From contig NC_087437.1 of the NCBI RefSeq assembly GCF_036321535.1, positions 67,148,001 through 67,212,000 of the forward strand: a stretch of 64,000 nucleotides of DNA. Reading direction: 5' to 3'. The notes under the pieces are model-generated. The model did no database searches. It saw only the letters and a program-made list of their open reading frames with translations, and was not told the DNA's origin. Below, in pieces: positions 39,041 to 52,090 of the stretch. Origin of the DNA: Camelus dromedarius. Taxonomy: Eukaryota. Position numbers and translations under genes: made by a program. Within the stretch, counting starts at the first letter, position 1. Every line of letters starts with the position of its first letter.

Positions 39041-40659
39041 TCCAGAGCATCGACTCCCCCCTCCCTGTTCCCTGCCTCACAGGGATAACCCAGCTCAACC
39101 AAGCTCCCAGTGTCCTGTCCAGGTGCTTCCACATTAGGGAGGGCCCCTGCCTATTCACCCTCCTAATTCGGAATCCCACCTTTCTGAGAGATTGTCTTCC
39201 CCAGACTCCTGATTCAGCCTCAACCTGCCCAAGCCCCCATCCCTCCTGGGTGAGGGCTTCCTGAACACTAGGCCCCATCCCCCTTCCCTCTTCAGCCCTG
39301 GACCCGACCATCCCTGGGCTGTACAGCCCTGTTTACCACCTCCTCTTGGCCATAGGAGAGGTCCTTCCTTCCAGACCACCAGGGCACCCTTCCATGCAAG
39401 CTGTGGCCTCACAGTAGGAGAGGGAAGCTGGAAGTTGCAAGACTTCAGAGTGCAGGGACCAGGCCTGGGAATCCTATGTCCTAAGTATGCAAGAATACCT
39501 AAAGTGAGGACCAGCCCAGCAGGGCGTCCAATGTTGTTTTCTTTTGGGGATAGCTAAATGCCTTCCTGGTGAGCCCAGATAGCTGCTTTGTACCACTATT
39601 TAAAGGTTTCAGAAGGTGGATAAACATGACAAAGACACCAAGACTTCCATGAGTGTATGGAAAATTCAGATGTAAACTTTGACTTGGGACTAACTTTTCT
39701 CTCTCTTCTTATAGCTCACGCTATGTGTGTGTGGTCTGGGGTGCTCTGGGTGTTACGAAGCTGCACAGGATGATATGACTCTGTGGTCAGCTGTGTTGGA
39801 GACATGCCGGGTTAAACCGTTTTCTTCAGTGGAAGACTTCACAGCCTTAGTATAGTGTGAACTCAGACTCTCTAGAGGATGTTACTTGCAGCATCTCCAA
39901 ACTTGTTGGACCCTGGAGTTTTTTCTTTCTCCTCCCAGAGCACCCACTGATGCAAGTGTTTCAGTGACTAGGAGGTCGGAGGCTGGGGCTTGGTCCCGAT
40001 GGCCACCAGCAGCTGTGTGACCAGAATAAGCCACTTCCGCTGTAGGCGCGGCAGCATTCTTAGCCTTGTAATAAAGACGTGGCACCACTAAATGATTTCT
40101 TCCATATGTGCATTCCATCTTTGGGTTACATTAGAATACTTGCGTGTGTTTACTGGGAGATGGAGAGATGGAAGGGGGCGGTTAGGAGAAAAAGGAAAGG
40201 TCCCAGTGTGATCCTTCTTGGGCAAAGACAGTCTCCTTATTATCTTTTATTGTCCTCCTTCCTTAACTTGGAGCCCAGTATACTTGTGAACCCCCATTTT
40301 TTCCCCTGCACCCCATCATGGCTTTCCTAACCCCTCATTTCCCCTCACACCCTCCATCTATGACCAGTTGTCAAGTCTTGTTGGCCCAGCCTCTAAGACC
40401 CATCCTTCAGTTTACCTCCCTCTGTCCACTTCCCCTGCCTTCACCATCTCTCAGCTGCACCACTGCAGCCACCCCTGAGCTGATGTCTTAGTTTGTCTTG
40501 CTTCCTGAAATCCATTCTCTGTTCTGAAGCCAGCCTGGAACTTCTTCACTGGAAACAAAATTTCTGTGAGATTACTCTTTCATGTAGCACTTTTGCAAGT
40601 AGACTAATGGCTCTAGGCTGGGATACTAGAAATTGTTTGGTCTAATAGGACTTTTTAAA

Positions 40660-41510
40660 AAAATCTATTCACAAAAAAAATTACTGAATACCTACTTTAT
40701 GCACTGTTCTCGGTGCTGGACACACAAGGGCAGGCAGGTCAGACCTAGTCTTTACTCCCATGATGGTTACAGTCCAGTGCAGCGAACCTCAAATGTTAGC
40801 AGCCCTAAGGAGAGCCTGTTAAAACAGAGTCTGAGACTAACCCTCAGAGTTTCCCAGGTGATGCTGGTGTGGCTTTTTCAGGGACAACACTTTGAGAACC
40901 AGTGGTGTAATGGAAGAGAAAGAAAAGTACATGAGTAAACAAGTGAAACAATTGCCAGCTGTCTATAATTCACGCTATAAAGGAACAACAAGGGCCAGGA
41001 ATGGACAGGGAACATCTTTCTGAGAAGACGTTATTTAGGCCTAGACCAAAAGGAAGAGTGGGGTCTTACTATGTCTGGCAAAGAATATTCAGCAAAAAAT
41101 GAGCCTGCCAAAGACTGGGGTGGGGGAAAGAGCTTGATGTATTGAAGAAACACAAAGAAGGCCAGTGAGTGCACACTCAGGAGAGATGGAGGGATAAGAT
41201 CACACAGGGCATTTCAGGCTTTGGTGAAGGTTTTATTCTGAATGCAGCGGGAAGCTTCTGAAGGAGTTCTAGGCTACCTGTGGAAGAGAGAGTGACTGTT
41301 AGGCAGCAAGACGGTGGTTGGGACCCCAGCTAGGAGACTGTTGCTCTGGTCCAGGGGAGAAAAGATGGTGGCTGGGAGTAGGAGATGGTGGTTGAAGTGG
41401 GGAGGAGGAGACAGATGAGCGGATGGATCTTGGAGGCTGAGCCACTAGGACTGGATGTGGGCAGAAGGATATGGGGAATGTACAGAGTTAAAGATGGCTC
41501 CCATGATGAT
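40660..41510 (-). mobile_element. L2 3' region with a nested MER5-like fragment (about 40775-40905)
   Basis: 'tattcacaaaaaaaattactgaatacctact...' antisense L2 tail; 'cacttt gagaaccagtg' MER5 terminus. Confidence 0.7.
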
Positions 41511-41749
41511 TCCACTGAATGGGATTGGTTTTTAAACAGTCTGCTCAGGAAGATGTAGCCCTTATGTCTGCATGTCCACTCTAATGCTTGTGCCTGATGC
41601 TCGAAGAGAGGGCTCCTAGCCTGGTTTTCTGTTCACATACTCACTGCTAGATCCTTGAGGAGAGCCACCCCTTACCTCCTCACTTCACTCATTTCTGTCA
41701 ATCAGCTGGATGTTCATTCACGTTCCTGTCTTACAATCATGTACGTAGA

Positions 41750-42100
41750 GAGGCCATGTTAAAAATCACCAATAATTCATCTGGCATGTGGAAGGGAAGG
41801 CGTACGAATCAACAAGGGAGCTTGACAAGCCTGCACATTACCAGATGCCACCCCTAGAAACACAGATCTGGGTGGGGCTCAGGCATCTGAGCTCTGGCTG
41901 CATCTTGAATGATGCTGATACAGGGGAGAGAACCGCTACTTTCCACCCACTTCATAAAGTGTGGAAAGAAGAACAGCGTTGCGTCACTTCTGAGCTTGCT
42001 AGACACGCAGATTCCCAGGCCCAGTCCAGACCTGCTGAACCGAAGCTTGCATCTTACAACCTCCTGTGGTTCAGCTGTGTGGTGAAGTTCAGGCATCCCT
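41750..42100. mobile_element. MER5A/MER5B fragments
   Basis: 'cagatctgggtggggctcaggcatct' and 'gcagattcccaggcccagtccagacctgctgaac'. Confidence 0.55.
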
Positions 42101-44334
42101 GCTCCAGGTGGTGCAGCAGTGCTGACCTCCATTGCCTCTTTTAATGACTTGGAGAAATTGAGAGCCTGCTCAGGTTTTGGAGGGTGCTCTGGCTATTCCT
42201 GTTTGATGACTTTGTTTAGTTTTATTTGCGTAAACCCTCCTGGACTTTGCCTTTCCTTTCTGCTGTGTCCTGGACGGTACCAGACATATCTTGGTCCACG
42301 ATGAGTGGCTGGGGGCTGAGGCCCCTCCTTGGCTTGGGTCCTCTTTCTCTGGGTGGTGAGTGCATCACTGCATGTCCTCGCTTCTCCCTGCCCCCAGGAG
42401 ACCCTTCTGCTGGCTGCAGTTTTATTGCTTTTAAAATCTGTTTTATATTCCATTATGCGATTTCCCAGTCCTCCCTCTCATTCAGCTGGAGTGCACATTC
42501 CATTCTAATCTAGGTTCAGAACATTTCATCAGATGGTCTCCGATTAAAATCCAATAAAATTTAAAGCAGGAGAAAATCCAGAATAAAGGAGATGCCGTAT
42601 AGCACACGAGGTTGGAATGAAATGCTGTTTCAAGCCTTCTAAGAGCATTTTGGGAACCACCTCTGAGACCTGTATTAAAGAGGAAACAAAATGACAATAA
42701 AAACTCTCTCCCCCTGCCTCCTGCAACACAACCTGTTTTGTGTCTTTAACCTGAGAAAACAAATATTGTGTTTGAGGACCTCGAGAGTTTAGTACATTTA
42801 ATTCTTATTATATGCTAGGTGTGGGTAACAAATATTATTTTTCTGTCTAGCTGTCTAGCTATGCATTTGTCTATTTATCATGTTTCTCGATCTGTATCTG
42901 TTTGGTATCACAACTGCAGCTGCCAGGTCCCAGTCATCCCGGCCGCTCACCCTGCCATCCCGACCACCTTCCTCCTTCCCCATCAGCTCTTGGCTGTTCC
43001 TTGGCAGGACTCTTGGCCTTCTTGGATGGTACTTTCTGGGTGGAGTACCATGTCTCTCCTCCCACAGGCAGCTCTTCCATTCAGGGCATAAAACTGACAT
43101 AAGAGAGTCAGAACAACTCTATTCTGTTTATCCCTGACAAAATGCCTGTTATGGAAAATGGATTGCCAACCTGAGTCCAGTACATGTTTTCTTGTCACGT
43201 TTCTCAATATGTATAACTAGATGCATCCAACATATACTTACTTTCTGCCCCTTCATAATTATGCTCCCTCCCATTCTGTGAAGGAAAATGTTTCCTCTGC
43301 ATAATTCCCCTGACTTTGAACTGGCAAACAAAGCACAGCCAGATACACTGGCAGGCACACGCTGACACCTTCACTCAGAATCTACATCATCATTCTTAGC
43401 GTAAAGAACTTTTTGCTTTGTGCAGCATTTTTTTTTTTTCCCTAGGAACTTAAGGAATTGTCATAATTGCCTGGGACAAAGCCTGGGTGATGTGGTGGGA
43501 GAGATGGTGCAATTAATTTTGACGTTGATTAGGGGATGGTCCCTCTTCCGTGGTAAAGTGGGCTCACTCATCCCTCTGTTTTATCTTAAGTACATTGTAC
43601 GTTGAGAGATGGGGTGGGGATGGGTGGGGGCGGTGGTGGGAAGGAGGTGGCGTATGCGTGTGAATACCGTCGCCCTGTTGATGTGCAATTATTTTCTGTT
43701 CAGGCTGCCAGAGTGGGAGTGGGAGAAGGGAGCTAAGCTTAAAACTCAAGTCGGTTGTTTTTGTTGTTTGTTAAACTGAAGGAGGAGGAGGAGGAGGAGA
43801 ACCACAGGGAGGTTCTGTATGATATGTTATTCAGTTTTAAGTATTTCAATTATGCTTCTCCGTTGGTATGGAAAATTGAGAGTTGACTATAAAATGCTTG
43901 TAAAAATAACCGTACTTGAAGCAGTTTAATTACTTTAATGAAATGAAGACAAATATTTGTAAGTGAAGAGCATGCTCATAGATAATGCAAGTAGAGAACA
44001 TGTATTATTCAGCAAATGACTTAATTAGTTTTTAATTAGTAGAAATTGCAATAATTTTTCAGCATATCTTTTATTGGAATGGTTTTTAATAATAAACTAA
44101 TGTGTGGGTATCCTTTGTAGAAAGCCATTTACTGTAAAGCAGGGTAACAGATTTGTTATTTCAACTAGAAAAATTTCAGTTCTATTCTAAGCTAATTGTC
44201 CCTCAGCTTGTCTTAGCAATGCTCAATGTAGTGCCTCTCACGTGTCATCTGCAGTAGGTACACATTCGAATACGTGAAGCAGCTTGAAGATGATGTCGTT
44301 TCTAGATTCATTTACCCTTTGAAAACCTATAGGT

Positions 44335-44710
44335 TTCCATCCATCCATCCATCATTCATTCATCCATATATTTAATATTTATGGCATGCCAGGTGCTAGA
44401 TATTAGAAATTTAAAAGTTTTTAAGACCTAGGGCCTTTGAAAATTTCAGAGTCCAAGAGGGGAGACAGACATATAAAATGAATAATTAGAATTAATTTAG
44501 TAAATGTCATCCTACAACCAAGTATGAAGTGGTTTGAAAATGAAAGTGAGGGAATAACCAGTTCTTACTGGGGGCTTCAGAGAATGTCATGTAGACGAAT
44601 GGACTTTTGAGTTCTTGGAAGGACTTCCAAGCAGTAGGAACATGAAGAAGAAAAGTACGGAAATGCCTGGTGTGTTTAGGAAACAATCAGGGATCGAAGG
44701 ATGTGACTGG
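44335..44710 (-). mobile_element. L2 3' end
   Basis: (CCAT/TCAT)n tail followed by 'atgccaggtgctaga...gggagacagacatataa'. Confidence 0.7.
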
Positions 44711-44749
44711 AATGGAGTCTTTCCAGGGCATTGGGTGCTGTACTTTAAA

Positions 44750-45600
44750 TGAGTATTTCCTCTAACTGTTAAAGTAATACATGCTCATTTTGGAAAATTT
44801 ATAAAAAAACCAATGAAGTATTATAAAGAGTAAAATAAAAATCACTTGTAATCTTACACATTGTTCATGCTTTGGAACTTCCTTCTTCTTTATCTTTGCA
44901 TACAAACCCACTTTAAGAAACTAAGGATGACATTGTGCTATATAAATAGCCATATATCCTGTTTCTTTCACTTAGTGCATTGTAAGCATTTTCCTATGTC
45001 ACTCAAGTTTCTCTTTAAGTGTAATTTTTAATGACTGTGTAACACTCCACAATATGCATGTTTGTATGGCTTGTAATTTATTTAAGCATTCCTCTGTTGT
45101 GGGGCATTTTTATTGATTCCATTTACTACTGTAATAAATAATGCTGTAATAAACATATTTGCACATAAATTTGCCTGCATTTCTGATTATTTCCTTAGGG
45201 TAGTTATCTAGAATGGAAATTACTAGGTCAAAAGCTATAAACATTTTAAGGTTTTTGATGCACATTGTCTTAGTGTTTTCATAATGGAAGAGGATTAGCA
45301 ATATAAAAGGTAAAAGTCTTACTGGACAGTAAGGAGTTTTATAATGTTTTTAACCTTTGCCATATTGATAGAACATAATATCTCGTTGCTGAGGTAATTT
45401 ACATTTCCTTAACTATAGTTACTTTTATTTTACATACTTTAAGCAGCTATTAGCTATGGGCTCTGTGGTTTTAGCAGCCATTTGTAGTCTTTTTGTTAGA
45501 ATTATCTAATCTTTAGCCTGTTTTTCCAAGTGTTTTAATATTTTCATTATTGATTTGTTATTTTATTGAAGGTAGAATACAGTGAAATCTATCAAAAGTA
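44750..45600 (-). mobile_element. L1ME-like 3' end
   Basis: 'aaagtaatacatgctcatt...tagaatggaaattactaggtcaaa'; ORF 45110-45301 'FDLVISILDNYPKE'. Confidence 0.7.
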
Positions 45601-46081
45601 GTCTTTGAGATTTCTTCCATTCCTTAATGTTTTCCATGTTGTTTCACCTGGCCTTCTCAGGGATCCTTAAGCAAACCTGCTGCCACATTCCAGCACATTT
45701 CTCAGCCTGCCTGGGAAACGCAGCTTTCATGCAAACAGTGGGGTCTGGGTTGTTCCCATGAGATTATTCAGATGTGTATGAATAATATATATTTATGTGA
45801 ATTATAACAATGGAAAAAGATAAAGAATGAACACTGAAGGTGTTCATTAGCTTTAGATTGTATTATGTCACTGAAATGTTTGCATGTTTTGCTACTTTGT
45901 AATATCTTTTCAGAGAATGGAAGGCCCACCTCTTGGAGCCCTGGTGAAAAAAGAAAAGTAGTGTTTGAATGTCCTTACTGTCAGTCATGTTTGGGTTATA
46001 ATAGAGAAGGCTGTGACCCCTCAAGGGAGAGAGAAGGATCAGGCATGTCTTGGGAACTAGACTGTGGTTGTACCTAAGCCA

Positions 46082-46085
<4 letters not shown>

Positions 46086-46117
<32 letters not shown>
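46086..46117. repeat. (GT)n microsatellite
   Basis: About 15 GT units. Confidence 0.95.
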
Positions 46118-46118
<1 letters not shown>

Positions 46119-47339
46119 TAGTTTGACACAGGCCTTTGAAGCAGTTCAAGGAGAAGTGATATCTGATGATTTCTTAATGTTATCTTGAATAGAAAATAAA
46201 GGGACTTTGTTGAAAAAAATGTCTGATTGATATCTCGGCCTTTCACTCACTGCCTTTAAAAAAAGAACCTATTAATTAATTTGGGACCAGCCAAGGAGAA
46301 GAGAATACTGATCTTTGGCCAGAAGTTTTTCTAAATCCTCCAATTCTTGTAATCTATGTCAAATAACCTCATCATCAAATTGGAAGGCACATAACAAACA
46401 AGGAAAAATATTTGAAATAATTATATAATATCTTGACGGAGAGTTCCTCATTCTTTTAAGGTATTTAGAAAAGATACTCTTGCCTGGTCATTTTCCTAAA
46501 TGGAATTTAGAATAACTTTGTCAAGTTCTACACCTGTCCCTTCAAAAAATATCCAATAAGAAACAATTAGAAATGCAGACAAAGATTAATATGCATACAT
46601 TTTGGTAGTATGTTAATAGAGTGGATGAATTGACATTTGAGATCAATAAGATTAATGCTGAATGAACCTGTGACCCTCTAAATGCCCCATAACATCACAC
46701 AGAAATAGGAATTGAGTTAGTCTCCTCCCAAATGGGACAGGTGAGCTCCCAATCTTGACACAGTTCCCACTAAAATTGGTGTCCAAAAAAGTGGATGGAC
46801 GTATGCCATCCCACCATGAACAGGGCCACAGTTTGGAAGATTACATGTAGGGCTATTCTCTGCTAAATGAGTTCCTTGGCTCGGTCCACACAGAGGAATG
46901 AAAATAATTTCTCTGGTGTCCTGTAGACAAGAAAGGACCAGCAGATTTTGGGCAAGTTGGGGACGGAGTGAAGTAGTCTGGTTAAGATGATGTAATTATT
47001 TCAACTGCAGTATGATGTGGCCAGCCTGGCAGCAGTGTCCTGTGTCATATGCTGGTCCTGAAGGACTTGAGTAGTGGGCCATCATGTGGGCATGGCATGG
47101 GACTCTCCATTTCAGAGGGCGTCTGTTGCCTTGGTTCTGTTTCTTTTTAAACTTGTGGAAGGCCCATCTTTGATGAGAAATCAACTCTTTAGAAGTCATT
47201 TCAAAGTGAATGAAACATTTACTCGACTGACTCTTGATTTTCATACTCTGGTCTTTTCAGCCCACTCATCCTTGTTGTGCTCTCAGTGTCTGTGTGGCTT
47301 ATTAACCTCTCGATCATCGCTGGAAGCATCACAGATATC

Positions 47340-47490
47340 TTCACACTTAACACAAATGAACCTCAATCTCCTTGCCTGTAAAATGGGATAAATACATTGT
47401 ATGCCTAACTCACGGCAGTGTTGTTTTGATAACAAAATAAGAATTCTGCATGTGAAGGTGTCACACAAATGTGAGGCATTATCATATCCA
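47340..47490 (+). mobile_element. MIR
   Basis: 'aacctcaatctccttgcctgtaaaatgggataaata...cctaactcacgg'. Confidence 0.7.
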
Positions 47491-48199
47491 ACATGCCTTA
47501 CAGTCATCTGTAGAGACACTCATGGCATGCCCTGAAGATGTCAGGACTAGCCTCCTTTTGTATTTTGCCCTTTCTGGGTTAAAACAGGCTTTCCACATAG
47601 CAGGATATTTGGTCAAAATAGCTTTCCTCACTTAGTGGTGGAAATTCTGGAACCTTGTGATTTGTATCCAACGTTGTTCTACCCCCAGGAGTGAAGGCAG
47701 GTTTTATTAGCACCAAGCAGGTAGGACCTTGTGAGTTCTTTTCCTTCACCACGGGGTGGTGCTAGTGTATCCAGTAAAACAGTTTATCCTGTGACTGAAT
47801 CAGAAATCCTCTTTATTTCAACGCTAATTTATGATCAGGATTTACAACCCAGTGCCATAACTTTACCTTTCCTAAGCCATCAATTCTCTGTTTCTCTTTT
47901 AAAAATTCTCTTCCTGTGAAATTACTTTTTTTTTTTTTTGGAGGGTTAAGTTTGCTTTGGGGACAAATCCATGTCTGCATTTTGAATTACTGACTTACGA
48001 TTTCCTCAGGGGCCAATGCTGGCTTTTCTTCAGTGGGATACTTTAAGACCCAGTCTTGGGCTTATTTGCAGAATGTCACTGTTAGTTTCTGATAATTAGA
48101 TGTTTTATGATGGATGGTCTAAGAGGAGGAGGGTGTGAAGGTATTTTCTCTGTTATTGAGAAGTTGCTCTGTAGAAGGAGCTTTGTACCCCACGTTGGG

Positions 48200-48490
48200 A
48201 AATCTGTAATCTGTGGGCAAGTTCCTTGACCTTTCTGAGCCTCATTTTATCATCTCTAAAATGGTAATAGAAGTGACGGCCATCTCTTTGGACTGTTACA
48301 AAGATTAAAGATAGATTCTAATGTAGTTGTTTTCTCATCTGTAAAATGGGATGATAATAATAGTTCTCTTTTAGAGTGGTAGACTAGAGTAAGTAAACTA
48401 GAGTAAGTAAGCTAGAGAAAACATGTATAACTCATAGGCACAGTGCTTGTGATTTAGACAGTGCTCAGTGAACGTTAGTGATTATTGCCA
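48200..48490 (+). mobile_element. Two adjacent MIR fragments
   Basis: 'gggcaagttccttgacctttctgagcctca' and a second core 'ttctcatctgtaaaatgggatgataataatag'. Confidence 0.75.
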
Positions 48491-49579
48491 TTGCCATCAA
48501 GGATGCTCTAGAGTCTGTACATAGGGCTGGGGGACAGGCTAAAGGACCCTGCTGTTAGATTCGTTGACTCCATGTCATTGTGTGCAACCATTTCCCGAAC
48601 CATGCTTGAAGCTGGTCATAACTGCATTTGAAGTGGCAGGAGGTTTTAATCTCCTTTCTTTTTCTATTCCTTTTTTCCCTAAGGGGAGAATAAATTATTT
48701 CTATTTAAACTACCCACCCGTCCCCACCCCTGGGATATGAATTTGCGTTTCTGTAAAAAGAATAAGAAGACAGGAGACCTAGTTTTCTCCTAGAAATGCT
48801 GTTAGGAAGTCCTGTGAAATTAGAGAGCTGGCCTGGAAGCCAGAGGGCTCCAGATCTAGAAACTTGGAAATAACATTCCTTACAAATGCAATGACTGACA
48901 TCCTCTGATTTGATGATTCTTTAAAATGGTAATGGTAGTATTTTTTCTTCCTCTCTGACAGGGTTGTTATGAAGATAAAAATGATATGTAGGATGTAAAT
49001 GATAATATTGGGGTTCTGGATATCAGTACGAAAAAGAGAGGTTATTAGGTATCTGATGGTGCATGTATGGGTTGAGTGAAAGAAGTCATGCTTTTTGGAA
49101 GGTTGTTTGCACAAAATATGATTGACCTAGCAGTTTTCAGCTGTCAGATCAGGAGGTGAGGGTATTACACATTTTATCTCCCACTCTCACACTCGTACAC
49201 CCCCCCACCCTAGTTCCCCTTTAAAGTATATGACAATTATTTGTCCCTGTGGAGTTGAAAATGAAACAAACAGTAAAATATGGGTCACTCCCAACTGTGT
49301 TTGGGATCTCTAGTAATTTTGCCTTTGGGGGAACGTGAATGTTACTTTCCAGGGCAGGGATCAGCTCCTGGCCTCTCCTTAAGAACCCTATTGGAAGGAG
49401 GCCTGCGTAGACAGGGGGAAGCGTGGGGCATTGGTAGGGAAGAAGACAGGGCAAATCACAGAAAAGGCAAGGAGGTGGGAAAGAGAAAGAGAAAGAAAAG
49501 AGGAAGGCAAAGAAGGGTTAAAGGAGTCAAAGGTCATTGGGAGTGAAGACAACTCAGATGTGGGGTGGAGGAGAAGAGG

Positions 49580-49760
49580 GAAGACTAGAAACTTGGAAGT
49601 TCAGAACATCAGAATACCAGCGGTGCTGCTGGCTGACCTGGTGACCCTAAGTCACTTTGTTAACTACTCTGCTTCTCCCTTTCCTTAATTCTAAAGTGGG
49701 GTTAACAATAGCTATCTTCGCATGGTTGTAGTTAGTTTAGCAGGATAAAATTTCATGTGT
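49580..49760 (+). mobile_element. MIR
   Basis: 'gtgaccctaagtcactttgttaactactctgcttctc...taaagtgggg'. Confidence 0.6.
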
Positions 49761-50484
49761 TTTTGTGTGTGTGTGTGTGTGTCTTCCTGCCCAGAGCTGA
49801 CGCTGCCTGCCTGCCACACCATTTTGGAGTGTATCCCTTCAGAGCCTTCCCTGTTGAAGCCTAGGTGAGTTGTTCAGTGTTGTTTCATATGCAAAGACTT
49901 CCCTTGGGAGCGTCCATCATTGTTAAAAACTGCAACGGAATGGCTCTGAGGACCATTTTCTCCCCTCTTTCAGGCTAACTTTGAACATATACTTGGGAGT
50001 TGTTTTTCAAGCAGACACTAATATACTTAATTACACTGCCCATTAGACGCCATTTCACCATCCTAATCACAGGGCTATATTGGGGGAATGTCAAATATTT
50101 TTCTGAAATCAAGGCATAATATATTTACAATATCCTTCAACTTACTTGGCTTGGTACAGAATTCTAACAAATAGATTTTGTTGCTAATATTTCAAAATCT
50201 TTTGTTATAATGTATGTTCTACATGTCCTAAAAATGGATAAGTAACATGTTGGACTGTAGTTGGTATAGGAACTATCTTTTTTTCTTTCTTTTAAAAACT
50301 TAAGAGTTACTCCATTTTCAGTCTTCCAATCCCTTATCTGTTCTTCACGATTTCATCATATGGAGTAACTCTGAGATACAGGTGTAAATTCCTTTAGCGC
50401 CTGAGATATAATTAGTCTGGACTCTGCTGCATGTGTTTTTTTGTTTATTTGTTTGTTTGTTTGTTTTTTAAGTAAAATAATGGT

Positions 50485-50862
50485 TTGTCTTGATGAGTTT
50501 GGGCTATTATAACAACCATAGACTGAGTGGCTTAAATAACAGAAATTTACTTCTCACAGTGCGGGAGGCTGGAAGGTCCACGGTCGAGGCATTGATAAGT
50601 TTGGTGTCTGGGTTCATAGGTGCCAGTCTGGTTGGCTTCCTGGTTCATAGGTGCCAGTCTTCTTGCTGGGTCTTCACGTGGTGGAAGGGGCAAGCAAGTC
50701 CTGCGAAGTCTCTTTTATGAAAACACTAATCCCATTCGTGACAGCTCCACCCTCAGACCTAATCTCCTCCCAAAGGCTCTGCTAACACCGTCATACCAGG
50801 GGGTTAGGATTTCGATCTATGAATTTTGCCGGGGGAGGACACAAACGTTCAGTGTATAGCAT
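50485..50862 (-). mobile_element. MLT1A-like solo LTR
   Basis: 'accatagactgagtggcttaaataacagaaatttacttctcacag...acacaaacgttcagtgtatagca'. Confidence 0.9.
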
Positions 50863-50959
50863 GATTTTTTATTAGTACAGGAATAACACTGGCTCGATTT
50901 GGATGTTGTCTTCAAAACTTGAAAGTGTGTTACCTCATGTGATAGTTACACTTGAGAGG

Positions 50960-51090
50960 TTAGTTGGACTAGTGTTACCAATATCTCCATTTTAAAGACA
51001 TGGCAACTGAGACTCAGGAGGTCAAGTAACTTGTCCATGATCCCACGGCCACCTGTTGGCAGAGCTCAGTTCTGTCAAGCATGGAGCTTC
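50960..51090 (-). mobile_element. MIR
   Basis: 'ctccattttaaagacatggcaactgagactcaggaggtcaagtaacttgtcca'. Confidence 0.75.
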
Positions 51091-51197
51091 TGACTCAATT
51101 TTTGAATGTCTTGTTATCTGTGTATTTTATTGTGTGTATATTATTTTTGGAAGAAAGTGAACTACAAATAGACAAGAATATACACACATATGTACAT

Positions 51198-51375
51198 GTA
51201 GTGCTGTCCAATAGAGGATTCTGCAGTGGGGGAAATGTTCTGTGTCTGTACTTAACCAATTACAGTAGCCATTAGCCACGTGTAGCCACACAGCACTTGA
51301 AATGTGGCTATTAAATGTAATTGGGGAACTGAATTTTTAATTTTATGTAACTTTAAATGAAATAGCCACACACAA
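51198..51375. mobile_element. MER3 hAT DNA transposon
   Basis: 'gtgctgtccaatagaggattctgcagtgggggaaatgttctgtgtctg...cacttgaaatgtggcta'. Confidence 0.85.
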
Positions 51376-51869
51376 CAGAGCCCCATGCCCAGGAGTAGGT
51401 GGGAAGCTCTCCTCAGCCTGAAGCCCTTCCCCAGAGCTAAGGGAGTTGGTAAGTCTACCCTACTTCAAAGGCTGAACCCTGAATGCACTGAACATTCACC
51501 CCAAGGAGACTGAAGCCACAGTGATTGCTTGGAGGCCCTGCCGGGGCCGCCACACGGGAATGGGGGCTTGAGAGCAGGGGGAATTAAACTCCATTTCTGC
51601 ACATCTGAGTCAGAGTTTATAAATTTTAATTCACTGCATGAGCAAGCCTCAGGCCCTTTGGGGCTTTTGCCCTGCTGAATTATTCTTACAGGGTCGTGCC
51701 ATCATGCATATGAATCTTTGGTTATGTGCTCTGCTTCCTAATTCTGCACGTTTCAAAGTGTGGATCTCCGTGTAGGTAATTGGTTTTGTTGGTCCTGCTT
51801 AGAAAGAACGTGGAGCTCCCTGACCATCTCCCTCAGTCACAGTCAGGGCCCCTAATAAGCAGCAGATCT

Positions 51870-52090
51870 GGTGTTTAGAGCACGGACTCTGGTCCCAGGC
51901 TGCCCAGGTTCAGATTCCTGCTGTGCCACTTATTAGCTGCATGACTTTGGACAAGAGTGCTCTGGGCCTCAGTTTCCTGTAAATGGAGATGCCAGTACGA
52001 TTAGTGCCCACTGTATAAAGCTGGGGAGAGGGTTAGGTGAGTGACTCTACTTGGCAGTGCCTAGCACAGTGAGCGCCATATTGGTGGTGT
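51870..52090 (+). mobile_element. MIR, near full length
   Basis: 'agagcacggactctggtcccaggctgcccaggttcagattcctgctgtgccacttattagctgcatgactttggacaag'. Confidence 0.9.

Noticed and set aside
42105..42121. CTCF-like GCTCCAGGTGGTGCAG
   Set aside because: Several mismatches at key core positions.
48383..48416. Tandem actagagtaagtaa repeat
   Set aside because: A local slippage duplication in a MIR, not a spaced array.
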